Assembly (NCBI RefSeq): GCF_018350175.1
Contig: NC_058368.1
Span: 105,464,001 to 105,528,000 of the forward strand
Origin: Felis catus
Taxonomy: Eukaryota
Length of the DNA: 64,000 bases
Direction: 5' to 3'
Notes under the pieces: generated by a model
What the model saw: only the letters and a program-made list of their open reading frames with translations
What the model was told of the DNA's origin: nothing
Database searches by the model: none
Translations under genes and position numbers: made by a program
In this document: in pieces, positions 24,866-39,540 of the stretch
Position numbering within the stretch: position 1 is the stretch's first letter
How the letters are laid out: every line of letters starts with the position of its first letter

Positions 24866-26387
24866 AAAATCCTGTAGGGAAATCAGAGGTATTATAAGTA
24901 CTAAGTGATAAGTCTGAATCCTGAAGGGTTCATGTGGAGTAGTGGGGCCTACATACTACTTTCTCTTTTATAGGACCTAATGGTTTTAGACATAAACACT
25001 CAGTCTTTCTATTTTAGAAATTAAGTTTTATGATAAATTACTTCCAGCATTGGTTTATCTGTAAATTTCTAGAAATAATAATATACAATTGTGTAAATTT
25101 GTAGGCTTGGAAAAATTACTTGACTGTGAGTTAATCCCAATTATTTGGAACATTTGCTGACCAAAAAAAAAAAAAAAAAAAAAAAGAGAGAGAAAAGCTG
25201 ATCTCTTAATTAAACAGAACAACAACAATAAAGGAAAGGTTTTCACATAAAAGGGATTCGATTGACTACACCTATACTTGGAAACTGTATAGTTATACTG
25301 TATTCACAGTGATCACAAATATGGTGCTCTGGTTTCCAGAACCAAAGTAAGTTGGAAGGGAAAATGAATACTGGCAGAGGTGGATCCAGAGATAGGTAGC
25401 ATGTCATAGAAGCAGAAGGCAAGTAAATCATAAAAAGCAGAAACGAGGTTTTCAGTAAATAGCAGTCTAGAATAGCCCTTTAGAATCGATGCAAAGAACA
25501 GCACCTGAATGTTGGTTATTGTGGCATCTCCATTGCACAGTGCTGGCACAAAATTTGTTTTGTTTTGTTTTGTTTATTTTTACAATAGTATTTTAAATCT
25601 TAAAAGAGACTCCAGAAATGTACATTTTGGGGAAATTTCAGTCTCAAGCCATCCTAGAGTATCAAATTTTAAGAAGCTGAAAATTAATCCTTTTTTATAA
25701 AACTAATGTAAAAATTTACTCCAGGGTTTCATTTTTTACTTAATTTAAAATGTTTTGTTATTATTTCATTATGCGAAGAAAAAATAGAAGATTAGGAAAA
25801 TAAGGAAAGCTTAACATTCTTATGTTTTTGTGTGCATTTTAAAAACTATACTTTTATAGTTGACTCTTCCCACCTAGCATTAAATAATCATTAGTAAGTA
25901 ATAGAAGTTTTCTGTTACCCACAGTAATCTTCTGTTTAAGTGCATGTTTGGATAATGTTCTCCTACATATACCCTGTGATAAAGACATGCTATTTTGCAT
26001 TTTCTTTTCACAGACTTACTTAGTCATTTACATTTATCATGATTTGGTTGTAATAAGCTTGGTATTTTGGATACTTGTTTTCTATTTTCTTGTTTCTTAT
26101 TCTTCTAATCCTCTTTTCATATTATCTTTTGTACTACTCAGATATCTTTTGGTATTGCATTTTAATTCTTTTTTGACTTTCCAGTGATATATTACTTTGC
26201 CTTATTATTTTAGTGGTTGCTCTATTTAGAGAGAATATTGAATTTCTTTAGCTAAAATCTGGGAACCTTAACAGAGACTCTTTTCCTTAGTGCTCTGGTT
26301 GTTATAAATTAGAAACCCCAATACAGTGTTGTAATTTTTGCTTTCAACAACCATATGGTTTAAAAAAAAAAAGAAAAAGAAGAAAAG

Positions 26388-26600
26388 AGGGACACCTGGG
26401 TGGTTCAGTCAGTTAAGTGGCTGACTCTTGATATTAGGTCAGGTCCTGAGATCAAGCTCTGTGTCGGGCTCTGAGCTGAGCCTGGAGCCTGCTTGGGATT
26501 CTTTCTTTCCCTCTCTCACTGCTCCTCCCCCTACTCATGCTCTCTCTGTCTGTCTCTCAAAAAAAGAAAGAAAACTTGAAAAAAGAGAGAAGAAAAGAAA
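26388..26600 (+). mobile_element. CanSINE inserted in an old minus-strand L1
   Basis: Head gggacacctgggtggttcag; T-rich L1-like flanks at ~25920-27400. Confidence 0.8.
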
Positions 26601-28106
26601 GTTGGATGTATGGTATATTACGCTCCTATATTCCCATTCATTTTCATCTCTTCTTGTAGATTTCTGTTGCTATCTGATACTGTTTTCCTCCCTTAACTAC
26701 TTCTTGTAAAGGAGGTCAACTGATAACAAATTTTTTTGTTTTTTTAATGTAAAAATGTCTATTTCACTTCACGTTTGAAAGATAGTTTTGCTGGATGTAC
26801 ACTTCTTGGTTGACAGGGTTTTCTTCTTTCAGCTCTTTGAGTATGTACTTCCAATGTCTTGTGGCAGCCATTGTTTCTGATAAGGCCATTGACCATATTA
26901 TTTTCTCTTTACTTTTGGCTTTCAACATTTGTGTGTAGGTGTGTTTTCTTTCTGTGTGTATCCTTTTTGGTTTTGTTAAGTTTCTTCTCTTTGTAAGTTA
27001 ATGCTTTTTACTGCTTCTGGCTGCCATTTCCATTCTGCTTTTGAGTCCATTTTGTGAATTTTTCATTTCAGTTTTTGTGACTTTCAGGTCTAGAATTTCT
27101 TATTTTGAAAATACAGCTTCTGTTTCTCTGTTGAGATTCCCTTTCTGTTACTCACTGATAATTCACCTATAGTTTTTTAACATATTTATTATAGCTGTTT
27201 TAAAGTCTTTATCAACTAAATGCAACATCTGAGCCTACTTGGGGTTAATTTTTAGTGATTGTTTTTTTCCTAAGTATGAGTTATAGTTCCTTTTTATTAA
27301 TTTGGAGGTGAAAATTGTACATGCAGATAATATGTTGTAGCACCTTTGGGTGGTGATGGTTGTTTTATTTTCTTTTAAGGATTGTTGTTTTTTTGTTCCA
27401 AGAAGTATTTAACTTGCCTGGGCTTAGACTGCAAACTGGTTTCTGTCATTCCACTATGCAGTAGGTTTTCAGCTGCCAATTTTTTAGTCTGCCTCTTTGG
27501 ACTGGGAAGTCTACCCTCTGCAATTTAGTGGTTTGCCAAGATTTGGGGCTTACCCTTGATATCATTCAGGTTTTCTTTTCTGGAGATTGCCACTTAATTT
27601 ACAATTTCTCTTTTGTCTTTGGACTATCTTCTCTTCTAAGTACTAAGGCTTCTATCCATTCAAATTACACACAGTTGGGGAATGCTCTCCATTAAAAAAG
27701 ACATCAAACTTAGGGATCTCACCCAGTGCCTCTGTATCTATAAAGAATATTTCCTTTCTGGTTTTTGCTTTTTTTCTATCTGCTTTAGGTTCTTCACCAT
27801 GCATATGTAGTTGAGCTGTCAGGGATTTAAATCTTGGCCTTCCACTTAACTATTTGTGTGACCTTGAGAAAAAGGACTTGCCACCTTTGATCTGAAAGAT
27901 GATATTTTTTATAGTGAGAAATACCATATATTGACTTGAAAAATGCATGAAACAACAAGTGTATGCCATACTCTGACTGTAGTTTTTGCTATCATGTGGT
28001 TCTCTATATTGCTTTTATAATATTTTACCTACTTAGGATGCCACTGGTCATGTATTTATGTCCCTAACATCTTTTGATTCTTCTTATTTAAAAAATAAAA
28101 CAGTTT

Positions 28107-28325
28107 GGGGGAGCCTGAGTGGCTTAGTCCAATAAGTGTCCAAGTCTTGATTTCCCCACTCAGGTCATGATCTCATGGCTTGTGAGATCAAGCCCTACAT
28201 TGGGCTCTGCACTGACAGCATGGAGCCTGGTTGGGATTCTCTCTGTGCTACTCTCTTTGCCCCTCCCTCACACATGCATGCATGCTCCCTCTTTCTCCAA
28301 ATAAATAAAGTTTAAAAAAAAAACA
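28107..28325 (+). mobile_element. CanSINE
   Basis: Diverged head and A tail. Confidence 0.85.
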
Positions 28326-29704
28326 ACGTGAGATAAAGATCACATAGTTATTGATACTGGGAGGTATAAGTTTTCTGGTAGTTTGAGTTATGTTCATACT
28401 GTTGGAGTTAGCAAGTTGTGTGGGATTTGAAATGATGCATACATTATGCTATTTTTAATGCACAGTGTTGTAACTCATTCTTGAATGGCTAGTAAAGAGC
28501 ATGATGGGCTAGGTAGAGGACTGAATTCTTTGACTGTAATCAGCAGTTCTGACTTGGTTCATTGTAAAGTCACATGGTCACACCATCCACTTTTATCTGT
28601 GGCACTTGAGTTTTGAGCTTTGCATTAATGCCACTGGATATTAATAGACCATTGTTAACCAGAGCAGATTGGATTCCTGTAAAACAATACTTTGTTTTGA
28701 GAGAGTAGTCTGTATGGGGAGCATTACACTGAATACACCAATCACCGACAGCACGGATAGGAAATGTTGGTAGCTTTGGGATGATATAATTGGCTAGTAC
28801 TTGATGAAAAAATTGTTAGCATAATCCCAGCCACTTTGGCATCTAAATGTACATATGTACACATCCATTTTTAGTTACTAATTTTACTATGTTTCAGGAT
28901 TTAATTTAATGCTTTAGTTTACACTAAAAACAGATGCTATTATATGCAAGATTTTTATCTTTAAAGTGTCTTTAGTAATACCTTATTGAGAAGTTTAAGT
29001 ATTTAAATTGCATTTTTTGGGTGAACTTTAACCTTTCTTTAAATGTAATTTGGGGTTTATTTAAATCCATAATAATATGCTTATAAACGAAGAATAATTG
29101 TTATTTATTAATAGTCCTGAAAAAGATATTCACTCTTTTGCCTGTCATTAGCTTTGATTTAATTTGCTTAAATAAAGCTGGGCCCAGAAGTTTGCTTCTC
29201 TTCTCAGACCATGCTATCTAATATTAACCCTAACTGATGTAAAGTGATTATCCTTTCTCACTAAAGGAAATAGTGAAGAGAGGAAGCTGTCTAGTTTACT
29301 AAGCACATTTTTAGTGCCAGGTGAGTCACAAAAACATTTCCAGCAGTGTGATCCGTAATGATCAAAGCCATGTTATTTGTACTGTATTCCACTAAGTTGC
29401 TGGTAGGGTAGGTGATAAGTCTTTTACCAGAATGGTGATCCTATTTGTATGTAAAGGTCATTATTTTTAATTTTATCCTTCCAGAGGTAATATAATGCCT
29501 ACTAATATCAATTTATAAGAAGCTGTATGGTAGAGTCTAGATAAATACTGTTTTGTAGTATTTACTTTCATGTATTTGTTTAACATCTGGTTATAAACAC
29601 ACAGCATGGAAAGTTGCAGTAATAGATTGCTAATTAGTTGTTTGTAATAATAGCTCAAATCTATTCAGTAATTACTTGTTAGTGCCAGGCAAGAATATAG
29701 GAAA

Positions 29705-29812
29705 ATATATATATATTTATATATTTATATATAATTTAAATATTTATATATATATATATAATTTATATATAATTTATATATATTTATATATATATGTGTA
29801 TATATATATATA
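29705..29812. repeat. (TA)n-rich microsatellite
   Basis: About 108 nt of almost pure A/T with TA repeats. Confidence 0.9.
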
Positions 29813-31995
29813 TAGGAATATAGCAAAGAAAAAGACATAAAGCATAAATGGTGATCTGTACAGTCATCATCCAGATCAAGAAACAGAACATTGCTGGTAC
29901 CCCAAACACTCTCTGTGCACCTCTTTCAAATCCTCCCTCCCCCACCTACTGTCCTGACTTAATGGTGATTATTTGCTTGGGAGTTGGTCTTGATTTTATG
30001 CAATGCTTTTTGTTAGCTTTATGTGTTCCTGAAAAGTATTAGTCTAGTTTGCCTGCTTTAAAACTTCATATAAATAGAATCATACAGTATATTTTTATCT
30101 GTCATCTTTTGCTCACTGTTATGGTTGTGTATTTATAATTCATTCAGTTTTATTTCTGTTTATCTTCCACTGCGTAAAATGTTACAGTTTATTTATTTTG
30201 CAGTTATGTGTTCGGATTGTTTTTGGCAGTTATTAACCAGTGTTGATAGGAACATTTTTATACACATGTCCTGCTTCATATTATATTTTGTATCTGTAGG
30301 GCTATCCCTTAAAGTAGAATTGCTGGGTTGAACGGTATGCATGTTTTCAGTTTGAGAAGATAATGCACAAATTTATTTTCCAAAGCCGTTTATTAATTTA
30401 TATTACCGCCAGCAGTGTATGAGAGTTTTTGTGTTCTGTGAATCATCATGTTTTTTCACTTGATCTTCTCAAACAGTATGGAGTAGCTAATGTTACCTCC
30501 AGTTGACAGATGTGGACCCTGAGGGCCGGAGGGGTTAAATAGCTTCCCAGAATTTACATAGCTACTGAATAGCAGAGCCAGAATTTGAACCTGGATCTGA
30601 CTCAGGAATAGACACTTCAGATTTCACTTGTACCATTACATGACATTGTTTGGAAAATAGACCTGACCTGTAAAGGGTCAATATTCATTTACTATGTCTT
30701 TGACAAAAATCACAGGAAAGGTCCGCGCCTTTGTGGATGCTCCATTTTAATGCATAATGAAGGAGTGGAGGTGGATGCATAGATTACAAATACTGAGTGA
30801 ATAAAAAGATAATCACAGAGTGCCATTGTGCTATGACAACAATGAAAGGAGCGCTGGTGAGGAGAAACTCTATGTCGGGCAGCCTGGGACGGAGGAGCCA
30901 CACTTAATCTACGACCTAAAAGATTTGAAGGAGCCAGTCATCTTCAGAGTGTGTTACAGGCAGAGGGAACAGCAAGCAAAATGTCCCCCTCTGAGAAAGT
31001 ACTTTAAAACCAGTATTACAACAATAAAGCAATATTACATCAAATTAAATATTTTAGTTAGAACGCTTTCAGTAATTTTCTAACTTAAAGGATAGGAGTT
31101 TGAGGGTGTATAAAAGTATGTATGATAACTTCTAAGGAAATTTACAGAAATAGGAAAGTGGTCTGTAATTGGAAATGTTTACTGTTTCTTTAATCTTGTT
31201 ATAGGTGGTAACAAAACATTGATGATAAGTCTCAAAAATTCTGGGTAGGTAATTTTATTTTTCAAACCTTCCTGGAAAGGCATGGATGTGTAGGTAGATC
31301 CAGGAGTCAAGAGGTTACAATGGTAAAGCATATGATGGATGAAAGAAACTTGTATGACCTAGAACATTTGATATAAAGGAGTTACTAGCTGAAGCACCTG
31401 ATGTGGGTTTTTAAGTGAAAAATAGAAAATCCTAGGTAACGTAAAACTGAATGATAGGACTTTTTTTTTTTTTTTTTTTTACCTACTTTCTGTGCCATGA
31501 TAGCCTCCAAATACACAAAGTTAAATACCAGCTACAGCTCTATTGGTACACAATTTTATATTTAAACATTTGACATGTCTTCCCAGATAGATTATGTCCC
31601 GACCGTAGCTATTCTTTCTCTTCCATAGGGGGTCCAGGGCAGCTGTCTTTAAGAATCCTCTAGGGCAAAGAGTTTTGTAGACATTGTAGACCCTGGGGGC
31701 ATTTCTACAAAGCACAAACAGGTTTAAAAATAATCCCCTGTGGTTCCATCCCATGTAGAACTTGTGTCTTTGTTAGGAGGACAATGTCAGAAGCTTTTAG
31801 CTTCTTTAGATGTGGAAGCAGAGGAAGGAGGGAAAGATGAAACAAGGTTGAAGAGTGAAAATAGCTGGGAAATTGCCAAGTTTGAGCAGGACATTTTCCT
31901 GAGTTGGGTGATTTGTCTGTCTTTTGTCCCCTTGCCCAAAATATTTTAAGTGGCTCACTGTTGTATGTGAACTTCTACCATTTAGAAGATTCTCA

Positions 31996-32212
31996 GGGTG
32001 CCTGGGTGGCTCAGTCTCTTAAGCATCTGACTTCGGGTCAGGCCAGTGATTTCACGGCATGTGAGTTTGAGCCCCACATCGGGCTCTGTGCTGAAAACTC
32101 AGAGCCTGGAGCCTGCTTCAGATTCTGTGTCTCCCCCTCTCTCTGCCCCTCCCATGCTCATGCTCTGTCTCTCTCTGTTTCTTGATAATAGATAAACATT
32201 AAAAAAAAAAAT
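31996..32212 (+). mobile_element. CanSINE
   Basis: Head gggtgcctgggtggctcag; TSD agaagattctc. Confidence 0.9.
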
Positions 32213-33399
32213 GAGAAGATTCTCTGCACTGTCACATTAATAGCTGTATAGTTTGGGCTGTGTTAACCTCTTAAAAGACTGTTTCCTCATTTTTAAGTGA
32301 AGATAATACCTACCTCTCAAAGATGTGCCAATTTAGGGAAATAGGACGTGTAAACACTTAGGGAAATGTCTGGCACAGTAGTTTTCAGTAAATGGTGACT
32401 GTTATTAAAGTAAGCCAGACAGATTATGAAGGTCTCACATACTAAGAATTCTTGGTTGACCTAAGGTGATGAGTAACAAGTCATAGATTATGTACAGCTA
32501 CATTTAGTAAGAAACTTTTGCTTATTAAAAGCAGGAAAAGCTATATTTCATCGTATCTGGCAATATTAGTAGAAGAATTCTGGTGTATATCACAGACTGG
32601 AATTGATAGGGTTAGATTCAGTGTCAGGGTTCACCTCACCCCCAAATATATAAAATCAAACTATTTTTTAACTCACAAACCAATTCTCATCCAGAATTGA
32701 ACTCTTTGCAAGTAATTGGGAAGACATCATTCTTATCTCCGTTATGTTTTCCAGATGTTCATGTGCTTATAGAAAATAGTAAGGGGGTAGGTCAGAAACA
32801 CGTGGAACTAAGTGCACTAAGGCAGCTTGTGATAACTGCTAACTAAGCTTTTCCATCTTGTTTTTTTCATTTAGTGTGTTTATTAATTTGGGATAGAATT
32901 TAAAACAAATTTTGAAAGGAATTCTTATTTCAGTCTTATATGAGATCTCCCTTGATGTTGGACTTGTGACATTTTTGATGGTTATAATTAGCATTTTTTA
33001 GCATTTAGATGATGTGGTCTTCCAGAATAATTTGAAATTGGACTAAACATTTTTTGTATGTTGTTAAATTTATGTATTCTTTACAATAGTTACTATTACT
33101 GTACCTAGGACCTTCTTCTGAATAAGCACTTGTTAAATGCATTTAAAGTTCATAGCTGTGTATCAACATCCCTCCACCCCCACATTCTTCTCCTATTCAT
33201 GTTGTTTCTGTAACTTTGGATTATTTGGTAAGGTCAATTTACTTTGTAAAAAGGTACATCAGTTCTGACTGAGATCCAAATTTTATTTCGTAGGTCAAAA
33301 TGCTAGAAAGCAGTGTATAGTTATAGTTCCCTAGTCTACATTTGGCGAGGTCAGTGAATTTTTGACTCCTCTTTTGTGGTAGCAAAAAAATGATTAGAT

Positions 33400-33401
<2 letters not shown>

Positions 33402-33456
<55 letters not shown>
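33402..33456. repeat. (TG)n microsatellite
   Basis: About 27 perfect TG units. Confidence 0.95.
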
Positions 33457-33459
<3 letters not shown>

Positions 33460-34640
33460 GCTTTGTCTTCTTGAAAACTAATTCTCTGTCGTAATATATT
33501 CTCTTTTTTTCTTCACAGCTTTATCTTCAATAAAATAATCAGCCTTGGGTTTTGTTTTGGTTTTATTTTGTTTCATTTTGGTAAAACAGTACCTTTTCTT
33601 GTTTGATCCTCACATTAACTGTGTAAGTTAGCGTATTGGTTTAAGAACCACTTTCTAGTTGTGGAGGCAATACTAGAAGCAAATTGCGTTTGTCTAAATA
33701 AATAGACCTTTCCACAGAAACATAGACTCACAGTGGCTCCATAGAACATAATGACGACTCATGCAGTATGCATTTCAGGGAGGCAATAGGCAGACAAAAG
33801 GAAGAGGAGTTCTAGTTGCAGAAGCAGTTAAGTGATGCTCACTGGCACGGGTTTTGGTCTTCCTGTACTGTGATAGGTTGAGCTGCTCAGCAGGTGCCAC
33901 AGGAACATCCTTGACCAGGTACCTAGAACATGCAGAATCCTAGGCAGGCTGCCACCCTTGCTCAGACAGGGCATAATCTTGTTCTTGTTGAAAAGTGGTC
34001 AGGCACTGAAAAGCCAGGGCACCTAAGAATAAGTTTTCCACAAGTTCTTTTGAAATATATAACCATAAGTGAGTCATAATCTCACATTTCTAACATGGCA
34101 CTGGCATTTAAATTTAAGTTGCTGTATTATAAGTAAGTTGTATCAGCTGGCTTTGTAGTCACGAACTAGAAACCTCAACTGCTTTATGTGGCTGTGTTGT
34201 TACCAATTGATCTTTATTTAGAGAGCCTCAAGAATCCAGGGGGATGGTACTGGTGGGCAGGGATTGTCATTTCCCTTTTACAGATTAAGAAACTGACTGT
34301 TACAGAGAGGCTGTGACTTGAAATAGGGTACTATTGAAAAGGCACCCAACTTTATTTTGACTGGGTTAAGCATTTAATTTAATAGAGGCTGCTTTGGTAT
34401 AGTGGAAGAAAACCCATATTTAAGGCAGAAGACCTACCCTTACATCTCTAACTTCTGCTGTAAAAATAAGTCCAGGAGGGCTGGAAAGCACCTAATAATA
34501 ATGCGTGATAAAATTGATTAATGAATGGTTGTTTAATGAATGAGTAGAAGGATGTGATTATGTTTTATGCCCAGAAACAGCTTTCTGCAAATGTAGAATC
34601 TTCAAATAACAGAAAAACATTAGAAGTTACTATGGACTTT

Positions 34641-34895
34641 TTTTTTTTTTATGTTTATTCATTTTTGAGAGACAGAGACAGAGCGAGAGGGGGCGAGACA
34701 GAGAGAGAGGGAGACACAGAATCTGAAGCGAACTCATACTCAGAGCTTTCAGCACAGAGCCTGACATGGGGCTCGAACCCACGAACCGTGAGATCATGAC
34801 CTGAGCCGAAGTCAGAAGCGTAACCGACTGAACCACCCAGGTGTCCTAGAAGTTACTATGGACTTTAAAAAAAATTTTTTTAATGTTTGTTTATT

Positions 34896-34937
<42 letters not shown>

Positions 34938-35105
34938 TCTGAGTTGGGAGAGGGGCAGAGAGAGAGGGAGACCTAGAATCCAAAGCAGACGCCAGGCTCC
35001 AAGTTGTCAGCACAGAGCCCGATGTGGGGCTTGAACCCACAGACTGCGAGATCATGACCTGAGCCATGGTTGCATGCTGAGCCCACTGATTGACCCAGGT
35101 GCCCC
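34641..35105 (-). mobile_element. Two minus-strand CanSINEs (~34641-34846 and ~34870-35105)
   Basis: The first is flanked by the 20-nt direct repeat tagaagttactatggacttt (34621-34640 and 34847-34866). Confidence 0.9.
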
Positions 35106-38100
35106 ATGGTGGGCTTTTTAATATATTAAATACAGTTAAGGGATGGGAACATTTCTCTTTTTGAGGAGTGCCCATATTTGAGCATCCATGAGTCTACCTG
35201 GAAAAAGAGTATTGTGGCAGCCTTAGGCCTAAAGTTTGCTCAGTTCTTTAAAATACAATTAAAACCGCAAACATTGTCTTTTGCCTGTTGTGACCTGAAA
35301 TTGTTGAGCAAAGACACTTTTACCAAGTCATTACCAGTTTAATTGTAAAATCAGAATGAATTTGTATTAAAATAAATTAGATTTATTACCATTCTAATAA
35401 ACGTGACTAGAAATGTATTTTATTAGTATTTTAACTATTCAGAGGTTGCTGTGTTGAAACGGTCTTGATGTTTCTTTGTACAGTGATAAACACCTTACCA
35501 ACTCATTCTTATCCCTGCACGGTCATCTTTCATGAGTATTAGTATCTTTCTCCTGTATATTGTAAAGACCATCTATGCTACATTGTATGCTAGAGATGAA
35601 AATTCTGTGGTTTTAGTGACTGGGGTATCCAAAGAAAGAGAAATAAATGACATTTTAATGTAAGGTGAGCTAAAGCATTTAACAATGAGAAGTGCAATGA
35701 TGTGCACATTTGGGACCTGAGAAGGATGTACATACAGGACAGCCTTGCACTCCAGGTTACAGAGCTAGTCTAAAGCAGTATTAAAGTTTTCAGTGGTAAT
35801 GTTTTGAAAACGTGGTCAAGTATTTTTTTTCTAAAGCTTGACTTTTATCCATTGTTTTGAAGACAAATCTGGTTTCACCGTAAGTTGTTTTAAAATTCTG
35901 AAGAAAATTGTTTTGTTAGGGAAGAAAGAGTAGCTTCATATATAAGTGGCTTTTTTTTTATGCTGAGAAATGATGATTAATCTTAGTGGATTATGGGTAG
36001 TGTCTTAGATCAAACAGAATTGAAATATGACATTTGATACATAAAAGGTAATTTAAATGGGTGAATTTATGTTTAAGTGTTGGTTTGGAAACTGAAACTT
36101 TGTAACAATTTTTTTTAGATATCCATTGAGGAATCTAACATACATTTACACTATTAAGGTTTTAATTATTAAGACCTTGCTATTTTTCTCATCAAATACT
36201 TTTTTTGATAGTTAGGTGTTTACTGAACCTAATCCAAAGAAGAGAAACTGTTTCCTTCTTTTCATGCAGAGGAAAGTTGCTGTTTATAGCACATTGACAA
36301 TTTCTTTTTCTCATTTCATAAGAATTAGAATAGAAAATAAAAATATCCAAGTGGCACACCATTATGTGTACTCTGGCCTGAAATTCAGAGGGTAGGTCTG
36401 ATCTGGAAATGAATAGGAGCCATCATTTTTACTTCACATACAGATAGTGTTTAAAGCCTTGGGTTTAGTGAAATGACCATAGAAAGAAAATACAGAATAA
36501 GAAAAGGAGATGAGTCTAGGACCAAGTGTTATATTTAATTGCTGGGTAGAAGATGCTTTGAGAAAGTGTGGCGTTGGAAGAAATGTTTCAAGAAAGAGTA
36601 GTCAGCAGTGAAATGCATTTAAAAAGTTGGATGGAGAGTGACTGAAAGATGTGCATTAGATGTGGCAGCAGAGAAGTCTTGGGATGTATTAAAGCTATTT
36701 TTGTGTTGTGGTGGGGTAAAGCCAGGTTGGCCGTCATTGAGGAATGTGCTGTAATATTTCAGCAAATTTGGCTGGGTATTTGTTAATGGTACGTACTGGT
36801 GGTTTTGTTGGGGGGGGGGTGGGAGGGGGTGGTCATTGTGTGGTAAAAAGTTAACCATCATTAAAGGAGAAGGAATGATCGAGTTGAGAAGGGAGAGAAG
36901 AGATTACCCATACTGCAAAAGCTTTTTTCTCTACTCTGCAAAGAAATAATGGCCATGGAGACCAGAGTTCCTTTTCATTTTTGCATTTTCTGTGTCCTCA
37001 GAAAAATGGTCAACTCCTCACTCTTTCTCTCTGTAAGTTTCTTTTTTCATTTTGTTTCCATAGCTTCGCCCACTTGCTCTTCATCCCTGGCCCCTCTCCT
37101 AAGTTCCAGTCATGAATTTTTTAACAGCCTGATAGAACTCTTTAATTGTCTCATGACTCCTCAAATTGACCATGTCCAGCTGAATTAATCATTCCCTTTT
37201 CAGGCTAGCATAATTTACTAGTATCTCTATTTCTTTCATTTCGAAATCCTTCCACTTACTGAGGGCCTAACTCTCTGGGTCTTTTATTGTTTTCCTGTCT
37301 CTTCCTCTCTTCCCCATTCTGTCCTCACCCCGAACAGCAGTCCTGTTTGGTAGACTCAGAATCACAATTGATATTTTCTGAAAGATTTTTCCCCACATAA
37401 ATCCAAATTAATTTGGTCCACTTGGTCCATCTCATTTGATATGGTATTAGCCATAAAATTCAATTATGTTGTTTATTTTTGACCTTTTATCCATTATGTG
37501 AAAAACAGTAAAAAACCCAAACCGATCATAACTGTGAAAATGTTAGTTGGGTTGAAGATATTATTTATGTAGCTTTTTATCAGCATAATTTTATTTCTTA
37601 ATGGTAAATGTGAAATTTTCTGATTATAAGGTTTTTAAACAATTTTTTGTATGTATGCAGAATCCCACACTGACATTTTCATTCTTTTTCTGAAATTAAT
37701 TTATTTAAAGGAACAAAATATGTGTATTCTACTTTGATTTCGTGTTACTGCAGGAAATTAATACTATGTAAACCCAATTCTATTATATTTAAATGTATTG
37801 ATTGAACTATAAGTAATAAATACTTGATTATAATTTTTTAATTGTATGCTAGAGATTAGTAACGGTTTTTAAATAGAGCATTGGGACCTGGAAAGGAAGA
37901 TAACTTTCATTTTATGTGGAGTCATGTTTATTCTAAAATACTGCTTTCATACATGCAGGAAAATCTTCATGTTTTGAATACAGTTGTTCATAGTATAGTG
38001 GAAATTTGCATAGTTATCACTAGATCTTCAACTTGATGTGGAATTCTGATAAACACCCACAGCAAAAATTTTAAGATGCCTGCATGCTTTTTGCATTGTT

Positions 38101-38117
38101 AAAAAGACACCCACATT

Positions 38118-38343
38118 AGGGCGCCTGGGTGGCTTAGTCTGTTAAGCATCAGACTTCAGCTCAGGTCATGATCTCATGGCTTGTGAGTTGAAGCCCCACA
38201 TGGGGCTGTGTGCTGACAGCTCAGAGCCTGGAGCGTGCTTGGGATTCTGTGTCTCCCTCTCTCTTTGCCCCTCCTCTCCTCATGCTCTCTAGCTTGCTCT
38301 TTGTCTCTCTCTCTCTCAAACATAAAAAAAAAAAAAAAAAAAA
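38118..38343 (+). mobile_element. CanSINE
   Basis: Canonical head, long poly-A, TSD-like aaaagac..cacatta. Confidence 0.9.
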
Positions 38344-39009
38344 GACTCACATTAATACTTAACCTTGGAAAAGTTAGCTTATGACATATATAGGTCTTGT
38401 TCGTTTTAAATAAAAATGGAAAGGAAGAGGTATTTTTGGATATTATAGAAACTATATTTTTTTTGTAATACTTGGAAGATTATATAATATATTAACGTCT
38501 CTATTTACAAGTTAAGGGCAGAGCACTACATACCCTAGAGTGAAAGCCAAGGAACTTCTGTCTGCTTTACAATTGAATTAACAGGGAGAAATTTTTATTC
38601 TGGCTTTATTTGAATAATGGAACTGTTGAGTCATCAATGCCTATGAGGAGTCTTTTTTTTTTTTTTTTTTTGAGTGTGGAGTGATCATCATCGATGTTGT
38701 ACCGTCCAGAACACCTTCAACAGTGGAAATAAAGCCAAAGTGGGTTGCTCTTGTGATTGAGTCACACAGGCCTCTGGTCACATTTCTTTTTTTTTCTTGC
38801 CTATACGTGTTTCTAACAGTTATGGTTACTGATTACATTGTTTATACCAGATGCTAAGTGAGGAAGGGGAATAACAAAAGGCACATGGACTGACTGAAAT
38901 GAGGAGTGACACTCTGCAGTCTGATACCAAAGAAAAAAAATGCCCAGAAGTAGTCATTTCAAAAATGAGAGCCAGCAATTCCACTGGAATTGAAAATTCT
39001 GTTTTCAAT

Positions 39010-39540
39010 TCCAATGAAAATGTATGTCCACACAAAATCTTGTGCACACATGTTCACAGGAGCATATTTCATAGCAGCCATAATGTGGAATGGGCTCAAA
39101 TGTTCATCAAGTGAAGAACAAATAGACAAATGTGGTATATCCATACAATGGGATATTATTTGGCAATAAAAAAGAGTGAAGTACTGAAACAACATATGGA
39201 TGAATCTTGAAAACGGTTACACTGGGTGAAAGAAGCCACAGACAGAGGCCACACATCACATGATTCCATTCCATTTGTATGAAATGTCAGAATAGGAGAT
39301 CCACACAGACAGAAAGTTGATAAGTGATTGCCAGGAGCTGGAGCAAAGGAGAAATGGGAATGACTGCTGATGGGCTTGGAATTTCTTTTTGAGATGATGA
39401 AAATTTTCTAAAATTGATTGTGTGATTGTGGTGATAATGGTGAAACTTGGTGAATTTTCTAAAAGTCATTGACATGTGTACTCTAATTGGGTGAGTTGTG
39501 TGGTATATGAATTATATCTCCATAAATCTGTGAAAAAAGT
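39010..39540 (+). mobile_element. L1MB-like 3' end
   Basis: 'atgtccacacaaaa', 'aaatgtggtatatccatacaatgggatattatt', 'gaattatatctccataaatctg'. Confidence 0.8.

Noticed and set aside
21423..38764. Scattered AP-1 heptamers TGAGTCA in intron 1 (~21423, 29322, 34070, 38627, 38758)
   Set aside because: Count is not clearly above chance for 28 kb; an enhancer call needs chromatin or conservation data.
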